Shown here: piece by piece, positions 6,922-15,348 of the stretch
Layout of the letters: every line of letters begins with the position of its first letter
Position numbering within the stretch: the first letter of the stretch is position 1
Made by a program: the position numbers and the translations under genes
Source of the DNA: a virus
Lineage: Duplodnaviria; Caudoviricetes
DNA length: 64,000 nucleotides
IMG/VR virus record: IMGVR_UViG_3300037067_017580
Location: 1-64,000 of that record
Strand: one strand, 5' to 3'
The notes under the pieces: model-generated
Told to the model about the DNA's origin: nothing
What the model saw: the letters and a program-made list of their open reading frames with translations, nothing else
Databases searched by the model: none

Positions 6922-8007
6922 ATGAATAAACTTGCCACTGTTGAAAAAATAACAAATATTCTCCCCATTGAAGGGGCTGATCGTATTGAGCTTGCAGAGC
7001 TTCTTGGGTGGCGAGTAGTTGTTAAAAAGGGCGACTTTAAGCCCGGCGACCTGTGTGTTTATATTCAGGTTGACACTGTTGTTCCTTGTGATAATCCGGT
7101 ATTTTCTTTTCTTGACAAATACAACTATAGGATTAAGACACAAAAACTTAAAAATGTCTATTCACAGGGAATTTGTTTTCCTCTATCTATTCTCCCAAAA
7201 ATGGAAATTGAAACAACTTGGGGTATTGGCAAAAAGATATATAAAGAATTTTATAATGTCGGATATTATAAAGAAGGACAGGATGTAACCAAAATTCTAA
7301 ATATTAAAAAATATGAAAAACCAGAAGTTGGAGAAAGCCACCAAAAAGGGAAATGTTCAAATTGGTTTAGCTATCTTAAGTGGAAAATTAAGCGGTGGTT
7401 TGGAAGAACTGGCAGCGACAGCTTTCCTTCTAATCTTGTCTCTAAAACGGACGAAGACAGGATTCAGGGGTGTCCGGGCAGGATAAATAAATTTATTGGA
7501 CAAGAATGTTATGTTACCATTAAGCATGATGGGACATCTTCTACCTATATTAATGATAAAAAAAAGAAATTTATAGTTTGCTCCAGAAATACAAGAAAAT
7601 ATGCAAGAGAAAACGTTTATTGGGAAATGGCCAACAAGTACAATATAAAGACTTGTCTCCCTATTGGTTATGATATTCAGGGAGAAATAATTGGAGAAAA
7701 GATTCAAGGCAATAGCGAAAAAATAAAAGGAAAAGAACTAAGGGTTTTTAATATTCACAAGGATAAAACAGCACTCAAATATGATGAAATGGCTGCATTT
7801 TGTGTTGAAAATAAACTACCGATGGCTGATTTATATTATCGTGGCATTTTTAAATGGAATAATGTAGAAGAAATTATGGAAGAAGTTAAAAAAGCAAGAT
7901 ATAAAAATGGAACTCAGGCAGAAGGGCTTGTTTTTAGACTTGTAGATGATCCAACAGTTTCTTTTAAGGCTGTTTCGCCCGAATATTGTTTTAAACATGG
8001 AGAATAA
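6922..8007 (+). CDS. RNA ligase, Rnl2/DRB0094-type with N-terminal OB-like domain
   Basis: IEGADRIEL..LGWRVVVKKGDF N-terminus; adenylation motif TIKHDGTS; IQGEIIG, EGLVFR, SFKAVS. Confidence 0.85.
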   Translation: MNKLATVEKITNILPIEGADRIELAELLGWRVVVKKGDFKPGDLCVYIQVDTVVPCDNPVFSFLDKYNYRIKTQKLKNVYSQGICFPLSILPKMEIETTWGIGKKIYKEFYNVGYYKEGQDVTKILNIKKYEKPEVGESHQKGKCSNWFSYLKWKIKRWFGRTGSDSFPSNLVSKTDEDRIQGCPGRINKFIGQECYVTIKHDGTSSTYINDKKKKFIVCSRNTRKYARENVYWEMANKYNIKTCLPIGYDIQGEIIGEKIQGNSEKIKGKELRVFNIHKDKTALKYDEMAAFCVENKLPMADLYYRGIFKWNNVEEIMEEVKKARYKNGTQAEGLVFRLVDDPTVSFKAVSPEYCFKHGE

Positions 8008-8008
8008 G

Positions 8009-8152
8009 ATGTATTCTATGGTAGATGATTATATAGAAGACGACGACAGAAAAGATCAAAAATGCGAAGAGTGTGGTAAAAAATTAAAAGCATATGAAGA
8101 AAAAGAAGAGGGTTTATGTTTTGGCTGTATTGCTAGGGAATATGATGATTGA
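8009..8152 (+). CDS. Small Zn-ribbon protein
   Basis: CEECG...CFGC. Confidence 0.55.
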   Translation: MYSMVDDYIEDDDRKDQKCEECGKKLKAYEEKEEGLCFGCIAREYDD

Positions 8153-8181
8153 TTTTTAATAACTTTATTATATTTTTACTA

Positions 8182-8209
8182 TTGACTTTCTAAAACTATA
8201 TGGTATACT
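8182..8209 (+). promoter_or_regulatory. Sigma70-type promoter, 16-bp spacer, extended -10
   Basis: TTGACT-N16-TATACT with TGn; ATG 7 nt downstream. Confidence 0.8.
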
Positions 8210-8215
8210 CCAATT

Positions 8216-8593
8216 ATGGTCATCAAAGATAAAGACATTGAGTGGTACAGGACAGCGGCTAGGGCAAAGGCCGCTGATTCTGATATGCGTAAACCTATGT
8301 CGGCATTGCTGTTGCGGAAAAATGAAGTAATCTGTGAGGCCAATAATTATCGTGTCTGGGGATTTCAAGAAAAGTTTTCTATTCACGCCGAGGAAGCTCT
8401 TATTTCTCTTTGTGCCAAAAAGGGTATTAAGACATCGGGATGTACAGTTTTTGTCTATCGTAAACGGGCAAAGAATATCAATGGAACTTCTCGCCCCTGT
8501 ATTAAATGTATGGAAATATTAAAAAAGGCGGGAATTAAACAAATTATTTATTTTAATGGCGATAATTTTATGGTAGAAGGAATTAAAAAATGA
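8216..8593 (+). CDS. Cytidine/deoxycytidylate deaminase family protein (probably leaderless)
   Basis: Zn motifs HAEEAL and RPCIKC. Confidence 0.85.
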   Translation: MVIKDKDIEWYRTAARAKAADSDMRKPMSALLLRKNEVICEANNYRVWGFQEKFSIHAEEALISLCAKKGIKTSGCTVFVYRKRAKNINGTSRPCIKCMEILKKAGIKQIIYFNGDNFMVEGIKK

Positions 8594-8814
8594 CCAAATC
8601 TGAAACGCTGCACGACGAAATTATAGAAAAGTTGTCAGAACTTTTAATAGCCAAAGACGAGGCCGACATTGATAAGATCTCCCGTCTTAAACAAATTATT
8701 GGAGATTTTTGGGAAGCGATATATACTATTGAAGATTCTTTAACTCCAAAAGAACCAGTTGTTTACCAAAGTAAAAAAGAAGAGATTGGAAAAGAAACAA
8801 AAGTTAAATTTTAG
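8590..8814 (+). CDS. Hypothetical protein
   Basis: ATGA overlap with the deaminase. Confidence 0.65.
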   Translation: MTKSETLHDEIIEKLSELLIAKDEADIDKISRLKQIIGDFWEAIYTIEDSLTPKEPVVYQSKKEEIGKETKVKF

Positions 8815-8823
8815 GATATAAAA

Positions 8824-9051
8824 ATGACAAAAAACGAATATAAAAATCTTTTAAAAAGCGGTTGGTATTTGCCTGCTAAAGCAAAATATTGGAATATTGA
8901 AAAATTATCTGAATTTCTTTCAATAAAATATTTTCTACATCCAACTTTTGCAAAAGAAGAAAGAAAAATAGCAAAAAATATTAGATTATACTATGGAATG
9001 TTTAGAGAAAGTGGCGGAATCTTTTGGGGTTTTGATGAAGAGGATAAATAA
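8824..9051 (+). CDS. Hypothetical protein
   Basis: AGGA RBS, operon packing. Confidence 0.65.
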   Translation: MTKNEYKNLLKSGWYLPAKAKYWNIEKLSEFLSIKYFLHPTFAKEERKIAKNIRLYYGMFRESGGIFWGFDEEDK

Positions 9052-9071
9052 CAATATCGGGAGTTGGTAAA

Positions 9072-9269
9072 ATGCCATATTATATATTGACCAAGCCGCA
9101 ACATAATATAAAACTAAATATGCCAATGGTTTATGTTAAAAAGGTAAATCATCGCCGGGCAGTTGAAGAATTAAAAAATGGCAATAAAATAGTAAGCCAA
9201 TTTATGGCAAAAGAATTGTTGCTTAATCGGGCAAATCGGTTTGGCGTTTATTATAAGGCGAAAAAATGA
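9072..9269 (+). CDS. Hypothetical basic protein
   Basis: GGAG RBS, operon packing. Confidence 0.6.
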   Translation: MPYYILTKPQHNIKLNMPMVYVKKVNHRRAVEELKNGNKIVSQFMAKELLLNRANRFGVYYKAKK

Positions 9270-9505
9270 TTGAAATATTCTCTCACGGAGTGCTCGAACA
9301 TTTTAAGGATGAACAAATTAAATATATTATTAGAAGACAAAAACAGGAAGCACAAAGAGTTATCCATTATGTTCCAACAAATAAATATGTTAAACAAAGT
9401 TTCGGTGATGAAAGATTAATGTCGGCCAAAGAATGGATTAAAAGGTTTAGCCCAACCAATTTTAAAACATTTAATAGCGGCTTTGATTTAATATTAGAAT
9501 TTTAA
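9266..9505 (+). CDS. Hypothetical protein
   Basis: ATGA overlap. Confidence 0.6.
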   Translation: MIEIFSHGVLEHFKDEQIKYIIRRQKQEAQRVIHYVPTNKYVKQSFGDERLMSAKEWIKRFSPTNFKTFNSGFDLILEF

Positions 9506-9513
9506 GGAAAAAT

Positions 9514-10095
9514 ATGAATATAAAAGAATTAAAAGCATTCGGGCTTGATAAAAAAGTAAAAGAAGAGATAGAAAATACGCTTACCTTATTAAAAAATGCT
9601 GGGATAGAATCACCAATAGTATATGGTAGTTATTGTTATAATTTAGACGAAATTGATGATATAGATATTGCGGTTTCTTGGGAAGATTTTGAAAAATATT
9701 GTGCCAAAAACAACAAACTTTTATATAATGAAGAAAAAATTATAGTTTGTCATCAAAATTTCTTTTCTGATCTAGGATTTAAAACAAATGAGAATAAAAA
9801 TTCAGAATATTTAGATTCTTGTACAGTTTTTGACACATATTTAAAAGAAACAGATCTTTTGCCTTTACAAATTATAGTTTTCCAATGTGGATGGTTTAAA
9901 AAAGCGATAACCGCCCATAACATTATTAAGGGAATAAGAGAAAAACAAACAAGCGGAAAGATAGATTCATGTAAAAAATTGTGTGGTTTGTTAGAAATTA
10001 AAGAAATCCGCAAAGCTATTTTTGCTGTCATAGAATTAGGCATAGACGATTTTGAAAATGAAACAATGAGTGAATTGGCAGAAAATGATTTATAA
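9514..10095 (+). CDS. Putative nucleotidyltransferase (Pol-beta superfamily)
   Basis: IVYGSY...DDIDIAV (GS...DxD). Confidence 0.6.
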   Translation: MNIKELKAFGLDKKVKEEIENTLTLLKNAGIESPIVYGSYCYNLDEIDDIDIAVSWEDFEKYCAKNNKLLYNEEKIIVCHQNFFSDLGFKTNENKNSEYLDSCTVFDTYLKETDLLPLQIIVFQCGWFKKAITAHNIIKGIREKQTSGKIDSCKKLCGLLEIKEIRKAIFAVIELGIDDFENETMSELAENDL

Positions 10096-10197
10096 GGAAA
10101 AATAAATGAAAATATATGAAAAAATAATAGAATTAATTGAAAATTCACAATTTTTTACAAATCCTCAAACAATCACAGGCGCAGGAAGGAACGGCTA

Positions 10198-11298
10198 ATG
10201 AGCACCCATATTGTTTCTATCGACAATAAAATATATAAAATTATAGAAACTGGAAAAAGAAAGGTGTGTGTTTCGGAAGATTATAATAATATCTTTGACA
10301 AAGATAGCGGGTTTTATGCTGTTTGGGGAAAAACAAAAGAAGAAGACCCCAAGTATAGTCCAATTGGGCCAGATATTCTTGATTTTGAGATTTCCAGCGG
10401 AAAATGTTCTATGTCGTGCGAATTTTGTTATAAGGGAAATTCTATTACAAAAGAACAAAAAAACACTTCTTTTGAAACATTTAAGGCTGTTTTTGATAAA
10501 ATGGGCAAGCAGTTAAACCAAATTGCGTTTGGTATTTGCGATATTGATGGTTGTCCAGATTTTTTCAAAATGATGGAATATTCCCGCGCAAACGGAGTTA
10601 TCCCAAACTATACTACTTCCGGCGTTGGTTTAACAAATGATCTTGCAAAAAGAACTTCTGAGCTTTGCGGGGCGGTTGCTGTATCTGTTTACAAAAAAAA
10701 TAAGAATATCGGTTATGACGCGATTAAAATGTTTACTAACGAAGGAATGACACAGGTAAATATTCACGCATTTACTTCAGAAGAGTCTTTTGATTTTCTT
10801 AAAGAAATAATGAATGACATGGTAAACGACAGCAGATTATCAAAAATGAATGCTATTGTTTTTCTTGGAATAAAACCAAAGGGAAGAGCAAAGGGAAGAT
10901 TTTCTCCTCTATCAATGAACAAGTTTGGAGAATTAATTGATTTTTGCTTAAAAAATAACCTTAAATTCGGTTTTGATTCATGTTCTGCTCCACGATATGA
11001 AAAATGGGTAAAAGAAAACGCTAATTTCAACAATGAAATAAAAGAAAAATATCTTTCTATGTCGATGTCTTGCGAATCATTTTTATCGTCGGCGTACATT
11101 AATTGCGAAGGATTTTCATTCCCATGTTCTTTTTGCGAAGGAGAACCGGGGTGGGAAGAAGGAGTTAATGTTTTAGATAAAAACTCATTTTTAGACGTTT
11201 GGTATGATGAAAGAATGGTAAAATGGAGAAATAATCTTTTATCATGTGAAAAAAATAATTGCAGAAAATGTATGATGTTTGAAGAAATAAATATTTAA
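10198..11298 (+). CDS. Radical SAM/SPASM-domain protein
   Basis: CSMSCEFCY (CX3CX2C); C-terminal CESF..SAYINCEG..FPCSFC..CRKC. Confidence 0.9.
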   Translation: MSTHIVSIDNKIYKIIETGKRKVCVSEDYNNIFDKDSGFYAVWGKTKEEDPKYSPIGPDILDFEISSGKCSMSCEFCYKGNSITKEQKNTSFETFKAVFDKMGKQLNQIAFGICDIDGCPDFFKMMEYSRANGVIPNYTTSGVGLTNDLAKRTSELCGAVAVSVYKKNKNIGYDAIKMFTNEGMTQVNIHAFTSEESFDFLKEIMNDMVNDSRLSKMNAIVFLGIKPKGRAKGRFSPLSMNKFGELIDFCLKNNLKFGFDSCSAPRYEKWVKENANFNNEIKEKYLSMSMSCESFLSSAYINCEGFSFPCSFCEGEPGWEEGVNVLDKNSFLDVWYDERMVKWRNNLLSCEKNNCRKCMMFEEINI

Positions 11299-11309
11299 AA
11301 GGAAAAAAC

Positions 11310-11603
11310 ATGAAATATAGGGATGGTTTCGTCAGTAATAGTTCTTCGTCAAGTTTTGTTCTAAACATTTGCGGGTTATCGTCCGAACAAAAAGACAAAA
11401 TATTTGACCATATAAATGCCGCAAAGGAGGCTGGTTGGAACACTCATGCCTCTGCATATCATTTTTGGTCACACGAAACCCTTGGGGCTGATTTTTGTAA
11501 ATTTAGTGCAAATATGGATAATTTTGACCTTATAGGATGGATAAAATATGTTATCGGGGCAGAAGAGACAGAAAAAAGAACAGGTAATTATGATGGTAAT
11601 TAG
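11310..11603 (+). CDS. GFVSNSS-motif protein 1
   Basis: N-terminus MKYRDGFVSNSSSSSFV. Confidence 0.85.
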   Translation: MKYRDGFVSNSSSSSFVLNICGLSSEQKDKIFDHINAAKEAGWNTHASAYHFWSHETLGADFCKFSANMDNFDLIGWIKYVIGAEETEKRTGNYDGN

Positions 11604-11612
11604 GAGAAAAAT

Positions 11613-11936
11613 ATGAAATTTAGAACAGGTTTTGTTAGCAATTCTTCAAGTTCAAGTTTTATTTGCGGCGAAGGAATTACTAAAGAACAAGCTATAGAGT
11701 TTATGCAAAAAATTATTTCCGCGAATGAAGAAAATGATTTTTGGGGAAAATTTTCAGAAGATGATTATTATATTATAGAACTAGACAAACACACAGCCAA
11801 AGATTTTAATGGAACATTTAAAAATTTTGTCGGAAGAGTTTTAATAATGTCAACCGATGATAATTCTATCCCTTCCGATATACATGATTTAATTGAGAGA
11901 AAACTTGGTGCAGAACGTTTTCATGGTGTTTATTAA
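11613..11936 (+). CDS. GFVSNSS-motif protein 2
   Basis: N-terminus MKFRTGFVSNSSSSSFI; AGGAG RBS. Confidence 0.85.
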   Translation: MKFRTGFVSNSSSSSFICGEGITKEQAIEFMQKIISANEENDFWGKFSEDDYYIIELDKHTAKDFNGTFKNFVGRVLIMSTDDNSIPSDIHDLIERKLGAERFHGVY

Positions 11937-11950
11937 AAAGGAGAAAATAA

Positions 11951-12331
11951 ATGAAGATTCGTAGCGGTTTTGTAAGCAACTCTTCCACAAGTTCTTTTAT
12001 TTGCGATATTTGTGGGGCAAATGGGGCCGGTTCTGACTGTGCAGGAATTGACGAATATGGGTTTTGCAAGTGTGTAAATGGCCATACAATTTGTTTAGAT
12101 CATCTATTGCCAGGATTTGAAGAATATAGAGAAAATGAAAATAATGAGTATTGTTCCTATGGCGAAGTTTCAGAACAGTTTTGCCCAATTTGTCAAATGA
12201 AAGAATTTTCTCAAAAAGAACTTATTAAATATTTTATGAAAATTAATAATAAAACACAAGATGATATCAAAAAAGATGTTTCTGGAAAATTTAACAACTA
12301 TAAAGATTTTAAATCATTTTTAAAGGACTAA
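11951..12331 (+). CDS. GFVSNSS-motif protein 3 with Cys/His Zn-binding motifs
   Basis: MKIRSGFVSNSSTSSFI; CDIC, CKCVNGH, CPIC. Confidence 0.85.
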   Translation: MKIRSGFVSNSSTSSFICDICGANGAGSDCAGIDEYGFCKCVNGHTICLDHLLPGFEEYRENENNEYCSYGEVSEQFCPICQMKEFSQKELIKYFMKINNKTQDDIKKDVSGKFNNYKDFKSFLKD

Positions 12332-12335
12332 AACT

Positions 12336-12743
12336 ATGAAAATTCGTCAAGGATTCGTTTCTAACAGTTCAACATCATCATTTATGATCTATGGTGCGTT
12401 TTTTAGATTTGATAAATTGTGTAAAAATGAAAAATTTATTAATACAATTAAAAAAATAGCAGAAAAAGACGGATACGATATTTCAGATATTGAAGAATCA
12501 GCATATAAAATTGCTGAAAATATTGGAATAGGAGATATCATCGACGAAATGCTCGGTGATTCATTCTTGCGTTGCGAAGAAGTTCCAGAAGAAAAAGATG
12601 TCTATATTGGGCAATCATGGGAAAAGATTAAAGATGACGAAACGGGAAGAGAATTTAAATTGAAAATAACAGAAGAATTGCGGGCAATTTTTGGTAAAGA
12701 TGTTATTTGCGATACCCATAAAGAAGCATTTGCTAATTATTAG
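12336..12743 (+). CDS. GFVSNSS-motif protein 4
   Basis: MKIRQGFVSNSSTSSFM. Confidence 0.85.
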   Translation: MKIRQGFVSNSSTSSFMIYGAFFRFDKLCKNEKFINTIKKIAEKDGYDISDIEESAYKIAENIGIGDIIDEMLGDSFLRCEEVPEEKDVYIGQSWEKIKDDETGREFKLKITEELRAIFGKDVICDTHKEAFANY

Positions 12744-12752
12744 GAGAAAACA

Positions 12753-13130
12753 ATGAAATATCGTTCTGGATTTGTGTCAAACTCAAGTACCTCTAGTTTC
12801 GTTATTATAGGGTACGAACTTCCCGAAGATTATAAAATTGACGAAAGAAAAATTGCTCAAATTCTTTTAGATAAAGAAGATTTTGAAATAGCAGAAGAAT
12901 ATAAAGATTATATCCATATACTAAAAGAAAGAGATTACTATCTGGGAACCTGTAGCGACGACGGAGGGAGAATGATCGGTGTTGTTGCACAAGAAAGCGA
13001 TGGCTGTGGGAACTTTGATTCTCTATGTATCTCTATAAAAAACTTAGTAGAAGAAGCAGAAAAAATTAAAAAACTTCTTGACTTGCCCGTAGAAGATGTT
13101 AAAATAATAACTGGAACAAGGATGTGCTAA
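12753..13130 (+). CDS. GFVSNSS-motif protein 5
   Basis: MKYRSGFVSNSSTSSFV; AGGAG RBS. Confidence 0.85.
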   Translation: MKYRSGFVSNSSTSSFVIIGYELPEDYKIDERKIAQILLDKEDFEIAEEYKDYIHILKERDYYLGTCSDDGGRMIGVVAQESDGCGNFDSLCISIKNLVEEAEKIKKLLDLPVEDVKIITGTRMC

Positions 13131-13150
13131 ATAGAAAAAAGGACTAAAAA

Positions 13151-13405
13151 ATGAATTTAAAGTTACTTGCAGTCTGTATTGTAGTTTTTATTTTGGTAAT
13201 ATTTAAAATATCAGCGACAGAAGAAACAGAAAGCGCAAAAAAGCCAGAAGTATATACTAAAAACCCAAATATTGCTGTTGACTTCTTGGAAGAAATGCTT
13301 CTAAGAAAATGGGAATTAAAAAACGGCGACAGAAAAATAATTTGTACAATTAAAATAGAGAAAAATCAATGGATTGTTTCAGAAGAGATTAAAATTGAGG
13401 AGTGA
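13151..13405 (+). CDS. Secreted or membrane-anchored hypothetical protein
   Basis: Signal-like hydrophobic N-terminus. Confidence 0.65.
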   Translation: MNLKLLAVCIVVFILVIFKISATEETESAKKPEVYTKNPNIAVDFLEEMLLRKWELKNGDRKIICTIKIEKNQWIVSEEIKIEE

Positions 13406-13919
13406 AATATTTGTAACCTCAGACACTCATTTTGGCCACGATAATATAAGAAAATATTGTAATAGGCCATTTCCGTCTTGCCCGGAGATGGATGAAGCTA
13501 TAATGCAAAATTGGAACGAAAAAGTTAAAAATAATGATATAATTTATCATTTAGGGGATTTCTCTTTTACAAAAAACACAGCAGAAACAAATAAATATTT
13601 AAATAGACTAAACGGAAAAATTGTATTAATTCGTGGGAACCATGATAAGAAATCTGTAGTTTCTGCAAATTTTTTTGAAGTATATTCTAAATATCAAGGA
13701 AAAATGTTAACGGTAAGCGAAGACAATTATTACTTAAATCATTTTCCTCATTTAAGTTGGGACAGATCACATTACGGAGTGTTTCATCTTTTTGGGCATT
13801 GTCATGGAGAATTGAAGAATCCACCCATAAATTCTCTTGATGTTGGTGTTGATGCTAATAATTTTACTCCTTTAAATATTGAAGAGGTTAAAGAAAAATT
13901 TAAAAATAAAAATGGATGA
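13395..13919 (+). CDS. Calcineurin-like metallophosphoesterase
   Basis: SDTHFGH, HLGDFS, RGNHD, NHFP, GHCH; TTG start assumed. Confidence 0.88.
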   Translation: MRSEIFVTSDTHFGHDNIRKYCNRPFPSCPEMDEAIMQNWNEKVKNNDIIYHLGDFSFTKNTAETNKYLNRLNGKIVLIRGNHDKKSVVSANFFEVYSKYQGKMLTVSEDNYYLNHFPHLSWDRSHYGVFHLFGHCHGELKNPPINSLDVGVDANNFTPLNIEEVKEKFKNKNG

Positions 13920-14229
13920 ACAAAAATATTCTTTATATGTAGAAAATGTTTTACAAGAGATTCTTTGCGATTTTAATAATAATTTATCTCCATATTTTAA
14001 AAATATAAAACAAAGAACAGAGACAGAATTTAAAAAACACGAACATCTTTTAGAGGTAAACAGAAAATTCCTTAAACAGTGTCCTCTCCCATTAAATATC
14101 CTTAATAAAAAAGGATGGAAAAGTTTTAGATATAACAAATTAGACCAAGAAACACTAAACGAAATATTAAAAAGAATAAAGAAAAGTAAAGAAAATAATA
14201 ACATATTTGAAGATTTTTTAGGAGACTAA
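13912..14229 (+). CDS. Hypothetical protein
   Basis: Overlaps upstream stop, abuts the ligase. Confidence 0.6.
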   Translation: MDEQKYSLYVENVLQEILCDFNNNLSPYFKNIKQRTETEFKKHEHLLEVNRKFLKQCPLPLNILNKKGWKSFRYNKLDQETLNEILKRIKKSKENNNIFEDFLGD

Positions 14230-15348
14230 ATGTATATTCACCCGGCGCGGCTCTACGATTATCAAACAATTTACGATAATTTACAGCTTGAAATCGCAAA
14301 TAAAAACGTCTCTGTCTCAAAAATGGGGGATTTAGAGCTATATCACTACACAAATAAATGTACATACGACCATGCGTGGAATGTCTGGACTAAAATGGCG
14401 CGGGGCTTAATTTTAGATGTTGTAGAAAAAAGGGTTGTAGCAACTCCATTTGAGAAGTTTTTTAATTATGGAGAACTAGGGAATTTCGATTTACCGAATG
14501 AACCATTCTCAGCGTTTGAGAAACTTGATGGGTCGATGATTATATGTTTTTGGTATAAAGATCGTTGGATTTTAACCACTAAAGGTTCTTTTTATTCAGA
14601 ACAAGGTAAATGGGCAACTGAAAAATTCAAAGAATATGATGAAGAAGCCCTTGTTAAAGGGACAACATATATTTTTGAAGCCATATATAAAGCAAACCAA
14701 ATTGTTGTTTCATATAATTATGAGGGGCTGGTTATTCTTTCATGCTTTAGCGAAAATGGGACAGAAACTGGGTATAACCATCTTCCGGCGTTGTCTCATA
14801 TTATAGAATGTAAAGATGCTATTTCTTATTCTTTTAATAATATAGAAGAGATAATAAACGCCGCAAAAATCCTTGATAAAAACAACGAAGGATTTGTCGT
14901 CCGTTTTGAAAACGGTTATCGCATTAAAATAAAAGGTGAGGAATATAAGCGCATACATAAAATTGTGTCAAATATTACTCCAATAGCGATATGGGAAGCA
15001 ATGTTGGCCAAAGATAACCTATTAGAAATTCGCAAACAAATTCCAGAAGAGTTTTATAAAGATTTTGATAAAATTCGTGATTTATTGTCAGAAAAAATGC
15101 AAGATTTGTTAATGGAAATCGGAATATGGGGGCTAAAAACAAAAGATTTGTCAAATAAAGAACTTGGGCTGGACGAATCTGTGCCGAAAGACATCAAGGG
15201 ATTTATTTTCGCCGCTAGAAACAACAAAAGTATTATTACTGATAAAAAACAAAGAGAATCATTTTTTCGCAAATTTAGACCAGATGGGAATATTCTAGAA
15301 GGTTATTCCGCAAGTACACATCTTTTAGGGTTGAAGGATGAAATATGA
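14230..15348 (+). CDS. T4 Rnl1-type RNA ligase
   Basis: ARGLILD, PFEKFFN, motif I FEKLDGS, TKGSF, IFEAI, EGFVV, IKIKGEEY. Confidence 0.88.
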   Translation: MYIHPARLYDYQTIYDNLQLEIANKNVSVSKMGDLELYHYTNKCTYDHAWNVWTKMARGLILDVVEKRVVATPFEKFFNYGELGNFDLPNEPFSAFEKLDGSMIICFWYKDRWILTTKGSFYSEQGKWATEKFKEYDEEALVKGTTYIFEAIYKANQIVVSYNYEGLVILSCFSENGTETGYNHLPALSHIIECKDAISYSFNNIEEIINAAKILDKNNEGFVVRFENGYRIKIKGEEYKRIHKIVSNITPIAIWEAMLAKDNLLEIRKQIPEEFYKDFDKIRDLLSEKMQDLLMEIGIWGLKTKDLSNKELGLDESVPKDIKGFIFAARNNKSIITDKKQRESFFRKFRPDGNILEGYSASTHLLGLKDEI

